The notes beneath the pieces were generated by a model. That model worked only from the letters and a program-made list of their open reading frames with translations. It did not search any database and had not been told where the DNA came from. From NCBI RefSeq assembly GCF_032191835.1, contig NC_083223.1, positions 34,596,001 through 34,660,000 of the forward strand: a stretch of DNA of 64,000 nucleotides, written 5' to 3'. Numbering within the stretch: the stretch's first letter is position 1; every line of letters starts with the position of its first letter. Position numbers and translations under genes: made by a program. Source of the DNA: Heteronotia binoei (taxonomy: Eukaryota). Shown in pieces: positions 23,918-38,620 of this stretch.

Positions 23918-25944
23918 ATAAGAACATGTTCACCAGTTTATTGATTACTGCCTTTAATCACAACGATTGGAAGCTATCACTTAGGATCAAGGGAGTCAGG
24001 CCTTTAGGATTATAATTTAACTTTAATCATAAATTGATAGAGGCTAGACAGTGTCCATGTACTAACATTTGAGCATTTGATGTCTCCCAGCTAAATATGT
24101 GAACAGAGTTGACCTTCAGTGATAGGATTAAGCTGCCAGGACTGGTTCACACATTTACTAGAGGCCAGAAAAATGTGTAACACCATGTATGACCACTAGC
24201 ATTCATAGCATCATGGAGCTGGAAGGGACCTCCAGGGTCATCTAGTCCAACCCCGGCTCTGGGTTGAGAAATACCTGGAGGTTTTGTGGGTGAAGTCTGG
24301 GGAGAGTGGGGTTTGGGGAGGGACCTCAGCAGGGTACAATGCTATAGTGATCACCCTCCAAAGCAGCCATTTTCTTCAGGGAACTGGATTGCATTCTATC
24401 TCTATAAGAATGTCATGATTGCTTCTTAGACTTGGAGCACACTTTATGGGCTGTCATAAAATAGCAACTGAAACCAACCTGCCCATATTGGAGTACTCAG
24501 CAAGCATGGTAGCTTCCATGATTTTGGGGAAGGCCACAGCTTAGTACTAGAATACATGCTTTGCTCACAGAAAGTCTCAGTTTCACTTCCCGGTATCTCT
24601 AAGTAAAAGAACCCCAGGTAGCAGTCACTGGACAAGATCCTTCCTGGTGTGAGACCCTGGAGAGCTGCTGCTCGTCAGATGAGATAATAATGGACTAGAT
24701 GTACCTATACTGAGTCACAGTATAAGGCAGCTTCACACACACAAAAAGCTGCCGGATTCTTGGTAACTGCTGGGAGAAGCATAGACCCAATCCACATGAG
24801 GAAACGCTCTAAGACATTGCAACTTCACCGTGCATTCCTAAGTACATTGACTTCAGTGGACTTAAAACTATATAAATCTGTTTAGAATTGCATTTTTGTT
24901 CACCAAAGAGAAGCAATTTTCAGGGCTAGCACTGTGGCAATCATAAAATTCTTAGCAGAAGTGACAGGATTAAACATGCTGAGCAGGTCTGGCCCCAGCT
25001 GCCATCGTTTTCCAGTCGTCTGTTCTGCACGTAGACAAAAATCTATTGAAGTGCATATAGACTATATTACATCTTCTGGCTTGATGTAATTAGTTGACTC
25101 TCTTTTGGTTTGAGCGAACTTTTTCCCTGGAACAAAATTGATTTTTAAGTTATCTGATTTGTATTGAATAGTGTATTCAGATCTCCTTTCCCAGAATCCA
25201 CAGACCATCTTTCTCTGACCTGCATTGACAGAACATATCTCAGAATAGTTTCAAATCAAATGTACTTGGAGCACAGTTCTTCATTCCTAGCAAAGAGGAG
25301 TGATATTTGCTTGGGTGGGCTTTCCCACTTTGTTCTTTAAAACCAGGTTCTTGTTTTCTGAGAGGCTTCAGATGTGGTTATGGTGTGAACAGATGTAGCT
25401 AGGAATGCAGATTAAGACTTGAAAGCATTGTTGTGTATTTACAGTGCAGGCATACGGCAAGGCAATTATGAAAGCAAGAACCATAGATGTTATGCTTCAG
25501 CGTGACAAGTCATTTTTATTCTGGTTCGAGAAAGATCTTCTGTTTTTTTTAAAAAATGCCACAAAGTAGTCTATGCTCCTGGGATTCAGCAAACACGGCA
25601 GCTTTCTGAAGCCCCCAAACTCTTCAATTCAGGGAAAAGCTAAGCTCCTTTTTCTGAGAATAATCCTTTCTTTAGTAGAAGTACGTGCAATACACATGTC
25701 CCTGAATCCTCAGCTGGTACAGCTTCAAAGATGAAGTCAACAGAACAATGTTCATTTACCTGGGGGATGGCCTACAGAACTGAAGGGTGCAACTGATACT
25801 GAATGCAGTTAAAGCAGCAGTTGGCCTTCCTAGGTATAACATTTCTGGGTCCACAGATAAAGACTACCAGAATGAGGAATTGCTTTAACAACCTGAATAT
25901 GGAGAGTAAGTAAAGCATCTGTAAACCCTGTTCTAGAAATTAAG

Positions 25945-26135
25945 GTCATAAGAATGTTAGAAGGGCCCTACTGGATCAGACCAGTAGATCCATCTAGTAC
26001 AGCATCCTATCTCACACAGTGGCCAACCAGTTCCTTGGAGGTCCAATAATGGCATAGAAGTCTGAAGCATTCATCTGATGTTGCATCCTGGCTCTGGGAT
26101 TCAGAGGTTTACTGGCTTTGAACATGGAGGCCATG
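25945..26135 (-). mobile_element. CR1-type 3'UTR fragment
   Basis: Similar to 18543-18730. Confidence 0.55.
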
Positions 26136-28339
26136 TGGTCTTAGGACAAATCCACAAACTATCAGGTCCTTAATATTGTTAAATATAAGGGTATGTCTGC
26201 AGCATTTCACGACTAAAGAGTCAAATTACGTCAAAATTCAGAGGAAGTAATCAATAAAGAACTGCTATAAGAACGTCAATTTACATAACTGAACCTAAAC
26301 AAATTAACATTCTATATGTATAAAATCCCTAGCATGTTGGCAGTTTCCGACTCTCCCATTGGCTGTGGTGTGCCCCCCATTAGCCATTGGCCTGTCAATC
26401 ACCACTCAATAGTCCTTGCATGCCATTCACTGGGTCCGTTCCTCTCCCCTGCCCACTGCCAGCATGGACATGAAAAACTACCAAAATGCCTGTCTCGTCT
26501 GAGGAACACACTTCTTCTGCCCATCTACTCCACACCTGCTTGGCTACTGACATGCCTGACTTTTCTCAGGAACTCCTGCCTGTCTTCAAGAGGAGCCTTC
26601 CACTGCTGCTCCATCTCCTGCTTCATGCCTTCACAGCAGCCTGGCTACTGAGGTGATCCACCTGCCATTAAAAGCCTCCACCTTCCCTCCCCTTCTATCT
26701 GATTCGTGGGTGAGGACGCCACTGTCAAGTCTTGCCAAGGCCATGAGAGGAACACTTACCCCTCCCTCCCTCCTACCATCCCTCAATGCCCACTCAACTG
26801 ACTTACCATTCATGCCCAGACTTCCCACTTGCCGTTAGCCCTCTCTCATGAGGCCTGCTGACTTCCAAAGACTCCTGGACTGTCTTGGGTGGCCTGAAAT
26901 GCAGTGGCAGCAGTAGTGGCCCCAGTGCAACTCAGCCATGGAGGTCATCCAGGATGGTCCAAGAAGTAACAGCAGAGGCCCTAGTGCACATCATACACCA
27001 CTGGACGCTGCTTCTGCCCCTCCTTCAACAGTTTCCCTCCAACCAAGTCACCTGCATGCCTGCACTTCTCCTCCACTTCAATACTGATGGTGGCAAGGTT
27101 GCCCCAGCCAACCATAGTCTCCCACCCTCCCTTCTCCCATCCACGACTCCTGTCAATGTTGACAAGCATTGCCCAACAGGTTAGGCCACTACTCTCCTTT
27201 CCTGCCCTCCCACCTTCCCTCCCACTGTTTGTGTCCACTGGCAGCTCTTTCATTCACCCTTAACAGTCACTTGGTCCTCTCTCCACAAAACCAACCCCCC
27301 CCCCCCTAAGTTCCAAGAGGTCTCAGCTACGGCAGGACACAGCAGCAGCGGTGTCCCACAAACGCCTCCAATAGTAGAGGAGGCTGCTTCTGGCGCTACT
27401 GCTCTGGCCAGCCAGCTGGGCTGCAATGTGGGCAACCCGATGGGTGGTTCTACATATCATAACGGCACTTTGCTCCATAGAGTTTAATGTCTGCAAAATG
27501 TGTCCCTATATAGTATTCCAGCGAAAATATGCTTGAAAAGAAAAAGAATGTATGGTTCTTGATGAAAATGACTTCACCATATTTACTGACTGCTTCTGAC
27601 TTCACTTCTCCTTCACCATTGTATTTACACTGCCTGCCACTTTCTTGTACCTCGACCACAGCTTTTTCTAGAACCCATTGTATTTTTTCTCACGACAGGC
27701 CTTATTGTTAGTTACTGATAATTGATGTTGAGAAATAATCCATGACATTTCTGCAGGCTTAACTCTGGTCGCTGCAAGACCTTGATTAGAAAGTGGGCAC
27801 CCACAAGGTCTCACCATAACTAACAAATATATATAGGTACATATGGCACAATTGCTTTAGGGCACTGGCATAAACCTGCACATGGTTCACATTGGGATTA
27901 CTAGCAGCTATTCATTGTTATAATTTCCCTTTCTGCAAATCTTCTCTAAGAAGCCCTTTCATCCCATCAAAATCTTGCCTGCTGTTCCTATAACAAACTG
28001 GTTCTTCTAGCATCTTACCTACTCCTTCAATATACCTGAACTTAAAGGATTGATTTTCATTTTTAAAAAGCTGCAGTTAGTTCCATACTGAGCCAGAGTC
28101 ACAAATTGTACAGTCCACCTCTACATTATTTATTCTGTCATTAACCTGGGTAACATACAAATTTTCCATGCTTTCTGCACCACCACAGCCTCGGGATCAG
28201 CATATGGAACTGTAGGCAGTGTGTTCCTACAGCCCAGAATCCTTCAGGTCCTGTGAAAATGATTCCAGAAAAGAAATCCAAACACCAAGAAGAGAAGGTT
28301 TTTATACTTCACTTCCTATACCTTAATGAATTTCACAAC

Positions 28340-28530
28340 AGCGTACAATCACCTTTCTCTTCCTTCCCCCCAAAACAAGCACCTTGTGAGGTATGTGGAG
28401 CTGAGAGAGTTCTGAGGGGATTGTGACTGGCCCAAAGTTTCCCAGCAGGCTTCATGTGGAGGGGGAGTAGGGAAGCAAACCCGGTTCTCCAGATTAGAGT
28501 CTGCCACTGTTAACCACTACACCACGCTGG
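28340..28530 (-). mobile_element. Older Squam3-like SINE
   Basis: Reverse complement of the GTGGTGTAGTGGTTAAC...TCTAATCTGGAGAACCGGGTTTG head. Confidence 0.75.
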
Positions 28531-31158
28531 GTCTCAATCATGGCCAGCACGTCCATTAGACAGCCTAAGACAGCTGCCTGGAACACAGCCCGGGGGAGAG
28601 GGCGCTGGTTTCAGCTCTCCTTCCCCACCCTCACCCCTGGAGAGGGAAATTTATGAGCTTGGCAGTGGCAGCACACTTTTCACAGTGTGCCCTGCTACCG
28701 ACTGCCATAGTTCCGCCTCCCGCGCCATGTCAGTGCTTCTGGAAGGCAGATCTATGGCAGTCGGTGGTGGGGTGCACTGTGCTGTGCTGCTGCCAGCTGA
28801 GCTTGCCCTCACTGGGGGCAAGGGTGAGGGGAAGGAGGAGTGCATCGGACAGGGGTGGGGAGGGGCACCATGCCTGGGGTGCTGGCCTTGTGCCAGCACC
28901 CTGGCACTGGTGCTGGTCTCAATCTGGAAATTGTCTCTCATAAAATTTCTGTTTTTGGTATTCTCTCTGGCTCTGGATGATTTTTATTATTATTATTTTT
29001 TTGCTGAAGGAGGCTGCTGGATATTTATTATTTTTCTGGTATTTTTTCTTTGATGCTAGCACCTAATACTTCTGGTCTAAACGCCAACATTAATATTTCC
29101 TATGCTTTTAACCACATGTTCCTTAGAACTTGAGAAACATATTTTATTACTAAATAACACTTTTAACCCACCAAGTTTCAACCTGGTTCACATAGAAAAC
29201 TTCATGCTTATTACTTATTTGATGTTAATTCACTCAAGGCACAAATCCAGCCAAACTTAAGCACTTTTTAAATCTCATTGATTTTAATGGAAGAGAGCTT
29301 AAAACTTGTTTCATTCTCCTGTTGAGATCAATAGGACTTAAATGTGTGGTGGAATTATACCCTTTACTTTGGGGGGCTTATTCTCTTGCTTGCCCCATCT
29401 TTTTTTTTCATTTATTTTCAGCATTTTCTCACTTTCATCCTTTTGTTCCTTGCAAACATCGGAGCCACTTGTTCCATCCATCTATATAACTTTGTTTAAG
29501 GTTGCAATCAAGATAATACAAAGGATTAATTCTTATTGAATTTAGTGGTGTGTGAACTTCTCCAGGCTAGAACTGGAAAAGGTCCAGGTACATTTGAGCA
29601 GCACTGGAGAACATCAACCATCTTTTACCCAAAACTTGTTTATTAATTAAACTGTTTCCCCTCAAGCCTCTCCAACCACCACCAACAACCAAAACCAATA
29701 AACTGCTGCCACTCCTCCAACTGCCCTCAGCCATTTATCTGTGATGGCTACAACTTCTGGGATGCAGGCAGGCAGATGAGTGGGTGAGAGTCCTCCATAT
29801 CCGTCTGTGTCTCCCCTGTAGTCATGCCCTCCTGATTCAATGAATGCTGGTTCTGTCAACCTGGAGGAATATAGTCCCTAATCAATATGACATCCTAATG
29901 TTGGAATTTAGCCTGTGTTCATGGACAGGTGCCTAATTGCTGTGCCAACCATCAAGAAACATATCAAGATGCTGTCCCAACCATCAAGAAACATAACTTC
30001 ATTCCCAACCCACAGGGGGAAAAAACTAGAAGGGCCCTACATTCCTTCACTCATCTTCTGCTTCAGTCTCTGATGTGGATATTTGTCTCCTGTTTCCCTG
30101 GAGAACAAAAAAGAGTAGAATAGTTAGAAAAGGACCCCAACCCTTCCTTCATATCATGCTTCCTTCAAGCTCAAGATGGGATACTGACAGCACCATCACC
30201 CTTACCATAAACCTCTCCTCCTCCTTCCTTCATGCATGCACGTGCCCATCATTGCTCAGGACAGGACAGGGGCAAGATTTTAACTCTTCCCCCCCCTACA
30301 TGCAGGATGCTATTTGCCTCTTCAAAGGAAAACATAAAAGTTTGTTGGAGATGGTGGTGGTGGTGGTTTGCTTTGGGAAAACAGCAATGGAGATGTTTCC
30401 CAACCTGAGCATTGTAGACATGCTCTGAAACACTTTATTTTTTGTTCTGTGACTGGCTCTACCCACCAGATCACAATTTTGTGACTGATAACTGCCAAGG
30501 CTCTTGAAACAAATTAAATAGCTCCCCAAAACATTAAATCTATCCTCCCTAATTTAGAAATGTATCAAAATGAGTCCTAGGACTCTGATAGTCTTCTGTT
30601 TCAAGGCAGAACTTTTCACTCAGGCATTCTCCTAGAAAGATCTGGAAATATCATGAACCATTCTGTGGCACTGTGCATCCAACATTAAAATATCAATCAC
30701 TATTGCCAAAACACGGTGAAATAGATCCATAGCACTCACCACTCCTTAAACTGAGCCTGGAGGGTTCTTGGTGAACCATTGATGCTACTAATGAGTTAGT
30801 CACCAAAATGGCTTCCAACAGTGTTGCAGGACCTTCCTCTTGAAATCCATTGGAGTAGATGGGTTTAGAATAGAATTACCAGCTTCCAGATGGTGGCTGG
30901 AGATCTCATGGGATTACAACTGATCTCCAGGTGCACCTGGAGAAAATGGCTGCTTTGGAAGGTAGACTCTATGGTACCCCATTGAAGTCCTTCCCTTGCC
31001 CTCAAGCCTGATTTCCTCAGAGTCCATCTCCAAAATCTCCAGGTACTTTGCAATCCAGAGGTGGAACCCTAGCTTAGACGGAAGAAATTCTACATAGGGC
31101 TGCATGGTTAGTTTGACTACAGATATAGCAGACATGGTTACAGAGAAAGGCAAAAAAC

Positions 31159-31652
31159 AAAACTGTGACAACTCACTAAGATTTTTTTTAACTATGTGCA
31201 CTGCTTAATGTTATCAAACCAAGTGAATGATAATAAACTAACAATACTAAACAGTCACAGTCTAAATATAAGTAGAAACAGAAATGATGTAGTCATGCCC
31301 ACCTGTTAAGCAAGTTCTTGTGAATTTGATTTCACCTAATTGGCTACTGGGAATCTGATTTCATCTGAAGCCAGTTTCTGTACAACTATTCTCAATTGAA
31401 AACATGAGAATTTGGTGTTTGTGAAAGACTGCACTTGAGTATGCATGAATGGACATGGTTTCACTGGTCTCTTTAAGGAGATTCATCAGAAAAGTCATTA
31501 TTTGATGAATGTATGGACATGACTGCGATATTTCTGTTTCTACTTATATTTGGACTGTGACTGTTTAGTATGTTAGTTCATTATCATCCGTCTGGTTTGA
31601 TAACATTAAGTGGTGTACAAAAAAATTCTTTTTAGTGATTTGTCACAGTTTT
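31159..31652. repeat. Inverted repeat, probable old foldback element
   Basis: About 143-bp arms (31159-31302 and 31512-31652), roughly 80-85% identical by eye, about 210-bp spacer. Confidence 0.8.
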
Positions 31653-32009
31653 GTCTCATGTTGTTTTGCTTATGGATATAGTGAAGGCCTTGAGCTGAGA
31701 CTGCAGGTAGGAAGGTAAATGGAAGGCTTCCTTTCATGTTTTTGTTATATTTTTGTTATATTAACTTGGATTATAATGTAAGGAGGGTGCTGCTGATCAG
31801 GCTTTGGTAAGTCTTTTAGGCTCTGGTAAGTCTACAGGATCAGTAGCACACCAAAGATAGTTATATATGATTGTATATTTGTATATATGTGATTATATAT
31901 ACAAAGTTTAAAAGAATTTTTTTGCTGTCCACTTTCCCCTGACCATTATTATTATTATTTGTTTTATTTCATGATTATAACGAAAAATATTTTTGTTGTA
32001 TTGAGGAGG

Positions 32010-32180
32010 GGCCCTGACCTGGATAGCCCTGTCTAGCATGATCTTGTCTGATCTCAGAAGCTAAGCAGGGCTGACATGGAGGCAGGCAATGGCAAACCAC
32101 CCATGAATGTCTCTTGCCTTGAAAACCCTATGGGGTTGCCATAAGTCTGCTGTGACTTGATGGCAAACACACACATACAC
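32010..32180 (+). mobile_element. 5S-derived SINE with Bov-B-type tail
   Basis: GATCTTGTCTGATCTCAGAAGCTAAGCAGGG head; GGCAATGGCAAACCACC tail. Confidence 0.8.
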
Positions 32181-32418
32181 ATCTGCCCCAGGCACCAAAT
32201 AGGGTAGGTATGCTACTGTACTGAACCTATCTTGGTTCTCGAACTGTATGCCAGACTGCCACCTATGTGCTAGAGATATGTGTGGTTGGAGAGTGGGTGG
32301 ATGCCAGGCCCTCTAAGTTAGTGGACAATGCTAATTGCTCACCAGGCCACAATCAGACTTATTTCTCTACAACCTCGCAAGCTAACTGATAAGGCTGCAG
32401 GCCCAGAATCCATTTAAT

Positions 32419-32629
32419 AAACATATGAAGCTGCCTTCTACTGAATCAGACCCTGTGTCCATCAAAGTCAGTATTGTCTACTCAGACTGGCAGTGGCTCT
32501 CCTGGGTCTCAAGCTGAGGTTTTTCACACCTATTTGCCTGGACCCTTTTTAGTTGGAGATGCCGGGGATTGAACCTGGGACCTTCTGCTTACCAAGCAGA
32601 TGTTCTACCACTGAGCCACCATCCCTCCC
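32419..32629 (-). mobile_element. tRNA-headed SINE with CR1-like tail
   Basis: Minus strand GGGAGGGATGGTGGCTCAGTGGTAGA...GGTTCAATCCCC (A and B boxes). Confidence 0.82.
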
Positions 32630-34663
32630 CTTAAACAAAACAATACCCTTAATTCAAAAACTCTATGAAACACCACTCTGTGTTAATAAGAGCTTAGAGG
32701 ATATAGCCCTAAATTCTGTGAATGATGTAGATCATGGATAGAATCCAGCAGCCTTTCAACTTGTGAAAAAGACTTCACTGAGGATCATGGGAATAGCGTG
32801 GGCAAAAGCCATGTAGGACAGCAACTGTGGTAAGGAGGGGAATTTGGTCAGATTGGTTTAAAAAGCTGACTGGATCCAATCCTGTAAATACCAATAGCCC
32901 TAGTAAAACAGAGATATGGTGGTGTCAGTCAGATCTGTCCCTATCACATGGGAAGGAGGGAGGTTGTATACATGTCCATTCTTTAATTAAAAAGGGGGCA
33001 ATATGAGGCCTCAGCTCTCCTCTCCTCAGTCTCTTCTCCCAGGTGCATTTCTCCTCAGCTGTGCTCTGGTAAGCAGAAAATTGCTCAACTGGAACAAAAG
33101 CAGTTTGGGAAAGGAGGCGTGGGAAGAATTCTGTACTTCTCATGGCTGCTCCATTTTAAAAACAGGTCCCTATATTCTTCATCTTTCCAAGTAAATGGGA
33201 CAGAACTGATATCTGACGCAATCATGTCTAATTTGACCCTCAGAAAAAAAAAATGGAAATCCTGTTTATAGACAGAAAAAAGGCACTTGGTACGCCACAA
33301 ATTTCAGCAGATTCTGCCTTTATTCTGCATTGTGCACAGCATGGTGTTCGTGCCGAGCACAATGGCCTCTTGCCTGCTAGTAGCATGAGTGATTTCTCCT
33401 AGTGAGTCAGGAACATACTTCAAAATATTTGGCTTTGAACTAACACTGGTATAAAGCTCCAATATGCAGTAAGTGTTTGAGAAAATATTTTAACATATTT
33501 AAAATGTTTCATAGAGTAAAAGAAAGCCTTAGATTGCTGTTGTAGGTACTCACAGTACTGGCATTTACATTCCAAAGTAAGTTTATTCTATTATGTGGCA
33601 GCCACTTCAGCAAAACTCAGGAAGGAAATCAAGCAGCTGAATCATTAAAAACTGGGGTTGAGTTCTTTTGCTGAGACTGTTCAGTCTTTCACAGTGCAAT
33701 CTGAAGCAAATTTATACCCTTCTACAGGCTTACCACCATCATAAAAAAAATTCCTGGGAGAAAGCTCCACTGAATAGACTTGAGCAGAGTTCTGTCTGTT
33801 TAGGATTGCTTTCACAGATCTGCTCAGAGGTAAATTCCATCTAAACCAGTGGGATTATTTACTCCCAGTAAAGTGTTGCAGCTTTAGATTCCCAAGTCTT
33901 ACTAATCTTTTTGCTTTTTTTTAAAATGAAGCAAACTTAACTACATTGTCATGTTCTCATAGGAAGATGCTTCAAGGCCTTGATTGTTTTTAGTTCCTTT
34001 CTATTGTTTAGAGCTCTGTGATATCCTTTTGAGTTACAGTACCATAACTACAGCCCTATGATAGACATCTCTGTGTTGATTTGGATCCAGCAGAGTGCTT
34101 CCATGGAAGGATTTATTCCCATTAGGGTTGCCAGCTTCAGATTAGGAAGATTTGGGGGGGGGGGTGAAGCATGAGGAGGGCAGAGTTTGGGGAGGGGAGG
34201 GATCTCAATGGGGCATGATGCCATGGAGTCCACCTTCTAAAGCAGCCACTTTCTCCAGATGAACTGATCTGTGTTACCTGGAGGTCAGTTGTAATAGTGG
34301 AAGAACTCCAGCCTCTACCTGACAAACTTACTTCCCATGGAATGTGACCTTTTTCTTTCTCCTTCCTTCTGTAGCCTAAAATGTCTGCTTCTTCCAAGAA
34401 CTATCAATTCTGGCTTTGTTTTCAGATCTGACACGTGATGTTGAAGCACAACAAACAATGCACAATAGGAAGGTATTTTATTTGTTCAGAAAATGCATAT
34501 GCCACCTCTCCAAAGACCTGCTCCAGATAGTATCAGAATCAAAACAATTCAATAAAATCATAACAACAGGAAAATACAAAGTATAATTATAATGAGAAAT
34601 CATTTGAGAGGTATCAGCGATATAAAAAGCTTACAACAAAATTCAGCCGCCTATAATGATAGC

Positions 34664-35320
34664 CAGGCCCGTAGCAAGAAAATTTCTGGTGGAGGGGTCC
34701 CCAGAGGAAAAAAAAATTGGTGTGTGGGAGGGCTGTAGGGCTGCATGAGCAGCAGCAGGGAGATTAGGTGGGGGCAGCAGTGGCTCTGGGGCAAATAGTG
34801 CCCTAGTCAGGCGCCCCTCCCACGGTGCTATGCTGCCCCCCCGCTGCTGCCCTGCCACCACCACCATGGTGCTCCACTCGCCTGCCCCCATGCTCTGCTC
34901 ACCCGCCTTCGCTGCCCCCGCTGCCACGCTCTGCTCACCCCCACTGCCGCTGATCCCCGCTGTCGCCACGCTCTGCTCCCCCCTCCCCCAGCACATTGTG
35001 ACTAAAACCAAGCCCCGCTGCCAGCTTCTTCTCGCAGCCCACACCTGTGCATTTTGTTAAGAGAGTCTCTTAACAAACGTGCAGGCATGGGCTTCAAGAA
35101 GAAGCCGGCAGCAGGACTTAATTTTAGTCATGGCGAGCGGGGAGGGGGAAGCAAGTGGAGCACCTCTGGTGCTGGCGGCAGTGGGCCAGAGGGGGCTAGC
35201 AGCAGCAGTGGTGGTGGTGGGGAGCTAAATCAAGCACTTGCCTGGTGGGGAAAGGAGGGGCCATACATGTTGAGGGGGGTGTTGGGTGGAGGGGCGGTGC
35301 CCCCCGTGGCTATGGTCCTG
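34664..35320. mobile_element. hAT non-autonomous element
   Basis: CAGGCCCGTAGC...GCTATGGTCCTG; perfect 8-bp TSD ATGATAGC (34656-34663 and 35321-35328). Confidence 0.88.
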
Positions 35321-38151
35321 ATGATAGCTATAAAATAACTCAGGGTCAAGGCAGGCTACAGAAACAACTAAAATGATAGAACCTTTCAGTTAAAAAATTA
35401 GGTGAAAAGGATGATTTGACTTGGTGCTCAAAAGCAGTAAGCAGAAAGTCTCAGGGAGGAAGGGATTCCAAGGGAAAGATGTTACCACTGAAAAGGCCCT
35501 GTCCCTGGCTGTCACCCAACTCCCCTCTGTAAGTAGAGGCGCAGAGAGAAGGGTTTGGGAACAGGATCTTTAATGGGAATGCTGGACAGAACGGGATGGG
35601 GTGGGGAGTCCTTTAAGGGCCTTGGCCTCCTGTCACTTAGGAAACTGTAAGTTAAGAACCAGCACTCGGGGCCAGGTTCAGAATCAGAAGGGCAGAAAAT
35701 GCAGACCTTTCAGCAATGTATCTTTCTAATTCATTAGTTTATATAGCTTGAAAAACCAAGACTATAGACAGTCTTGTTTCAGGTAAAGCCTGATTCTTAT
35801 TATAATGCAACAAAGTAAAAAATTTCTCAAACTAATGTGGCTGGAAATGGAATCAGGTCATTAAGTGAGCTGCCTCCATAGCAGAAAATTAGCATAGAAG
35901 ACCACATACTAAACCTTGACTCCTCAAAGTCCCTAAGAATGACACTGTTGCCAAGTCCAATTCAAGAAATATCCGGGGATTTTGGGGGCAAAGCCAGGAG
36001 CAAGGTTGTGACAAGCATAATTGACCCATTTTGCATAGCCATCCATCATATACCAAACACTGAAGGTGGAGCAGAGTTTGTTTTTAGGTCATTTCTACAC
36101 AGGTTATCTATCCTGGGTTAAAAGCTGTCTGGAAGAATTTCTCCCCCCTGTATTCCCACAGCATAATGGTATATTGGTGCACCTCCAGAGTTTTTCCTGG
36201 CCTTTCTCTGAGTTTCCCCAAACCTGCTCTGCTGAGAAGTTTGGGGAAAGGTTGTAGCAAAGTCTAGATGGGCAGGAAAGTTTGAATTTTTCCATCCATA
36301 TGGCAGCCATTTTCTTTTACATTGTCCCAGCAGCAGCAATTTCCTTCTTCCATATGCATGGCATCCTGCAGGTGGGACATGGAGTGGTTCTCCTGGAATT
36401 ATAACCGATCTCTAAACTAGAATCAGTTCCCCAGGAGGAAATTGCATTTTCAGAGGATGGTCTTTATGGAATCCCATCCCATCTGAGCTCCTTTCCCTCC
36501 CCAAACTCTGGTTTCCCCAAGTTAATCTCCCAAATCTCCAAGAATTCCCTAACCCAGAGTTGACAACGCTATTCCTCATGACCAAGAAGCTTTTAATTTT
36601 TTTTAAAAAATGGCAATTGACCATCATTATGTCAAAATAAGATAATAACCATATGTGTAACAGGGTCCTTGAATTCCCAGATTTCATTTTTTAAAAAAAC
36701 TCTTTTCCATTGTAGATATATAAGAGGAAAGGCATATCTCCACAATGGAATAGGATAGAGATTTATTTTTTGAAAGAAATTAAAGCTGGGAATTCAGAAG
36801 ACCAATATAATGATACTCCATTGCAAATTTTATTTTTTAAAAAATACCGCTCCAGTGGCCCCCAAGGTGGTGCTGGGGGACTGGGGCAAGGAAATTGTGG
36901 GGACAGCTCCCATATGGAAGCCCAGTTGCCACTGTGCTATATTAACAGCCATACCAACAATAGGGAAACTGCACAAACCAGTCTCCATGTGGAAACCTTT
37001 GTCTCATTAAGCATGGTACTATGGCTGGTGAGAGCAGATGCAGACGGTGCATTCACATACACTAAGTAACACACTTTGCAATTGGATTTTTACTGTGTAA
37101 AAATAGCAAAATCTACTAGCAAACAGTTGCCATGTGAAAGCATCCAAAGAGTCTAACACGGGGATAATTTGAGCTTTATTTTCTAGAATAGAAAACCTAG
37201 CATTGCATATTGGGTCCCTGCTTCCCAATACCAGTTACACACTAGCCCTGCACAGACATTACAGTGAATGCATCTACAATCCAGGCAAAGTGTATACTTG
37301 AATCCTCTCTGTATGCAGATTAAGTATTTCTTATTTTACATTCAACACATGCACAGCTGGATGTTTGATATAAACCCCACACTTACCGAGGTTCTGGTCT
37401 CTGTTCTCCCCCCCACCCCCTTTTTTCCTAAAGTGTTGGTATTTCCTTGAAAACTGAGGTGTGCATGCACATACACACTTTCACTGTAACATGTGAGCAG
37501 GGCTAGTTTGACCCATTTTGCATAGTCCTTAAAAAATTATTTGTTCTTAGCCAAATTACCCTGTTTTCAGCAACGTGGGACTGTTCCATATCCTTGTAGC
37601 AGAGATAATAAATCAACAGTCTGTTAGAATTTACTGACATAATTCCACTGAGATAAACTTTTCCTGCTTTCAAGTTATTGTTTCTGTCATCAAGATGTAC
37701 CCATACCTGAACAACAGTGGTACTGAAAACACATTGGCTGAGAGCTGTGTGTTTGGGCTAAAAGTTGAAGAATTGGTTATGAAGTGTGGGTACTACATTG
37801 TGATCTCTCCAGGGCTTCTTAGTCTTGTCAGAAGCAACAGATAAGATGAGATGGAATGCTTGCTGAAATTCGGGTCTATTGACAAGGACTTGTCCATCAT
37901 CACTGCAGCATGGCAGCCTAAAGCCATTCTTCCTAGAAAAGGAGGCAAAGGCTGCTCAGGAGATGGTAAATCTTTTTGTGTGTGTTTGCTTTTGCTGATG
38001 ATCACTGCATTATACAAAGACTACAAAGATTCTGAATGCCACATGAAATCAAAACACATGTGGGTACTGGGATACATTGTTTGAGCTTGTGCACCATCTC
38101 AAAAAATGTCACAGCAGCTGACAGAGCAGAAGTTTGGGGAAGGGGATCTTT

Positions 38152-38620
38152 TAGGGTTGCCAGAAATATCTGGGGACTTTGGGGGTGAAGCCAGAAGACT
38201 TTGGGAGCAAAGTCAGGAGCAAGGTTGTGACCAGCATAATTGAACTCCAAAGGGAGTTCTGGCCATCACATTTAAAGGGACCGCACACCTTTTAAATGCC
38301 TTCCCTCCACTGGAAATAATGAAGGATAGGGGACCGCACACCTTTTAAATGCCTTCCCTCCACTGGAAATAATGAAGGATAGGGGCACCTTCTTTGGGGG
38401 CTCATAGAATTGGACCCCCTGGGCCAATCTTTTTGAAACTTGGAGGGTGTTTTGGGGGGAGGCATTGGATACTATGCTGATAATTTGGTGCCTCTATCTC
38501 AAAAAACAGCCCCTGAGCCCTAGATACCCACAGATCAATTCTCCATTATGTCCTATGGGAATTGGTTTCCATAGGGAATAATAGAGTTCTCAGCAAACAT
38601 TTCTCCTCCCCCTGCTTTCT
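38152..38620 (+). mobile_element. hAT MITE (TAGGGTTGCC family), truncated, with a 53-bp tandem duplication
   Basis: Collinear with 45500-45972; unit duplicated at 38277-38329 and 38330-38382. Confidence 0.82.

Noticed and set aside
21980-25930. Further exon candidates near 22090, 25037 and 25730
   Set aside because: Several frames and splice choices fit equally well and none gives a recognisable protein
26300-27460. SCAN/gag-like coding remnant (MKQEMEQQWKAPLEDRQEFL)
   Set aside because: A single short resemblance surrounded by stops; probably a decayed repeat, but not assignable
32020-32070. 5S rRNA gene
   Set aside because: Partial, diverged and fused to a Bov-B-type tail, so a SINE
37937-37965. 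29-bp plus-strand exon (KEAKAAQEM)
   Set aside because: Too short to separate from chance, and it conflicts in strand with other candidates
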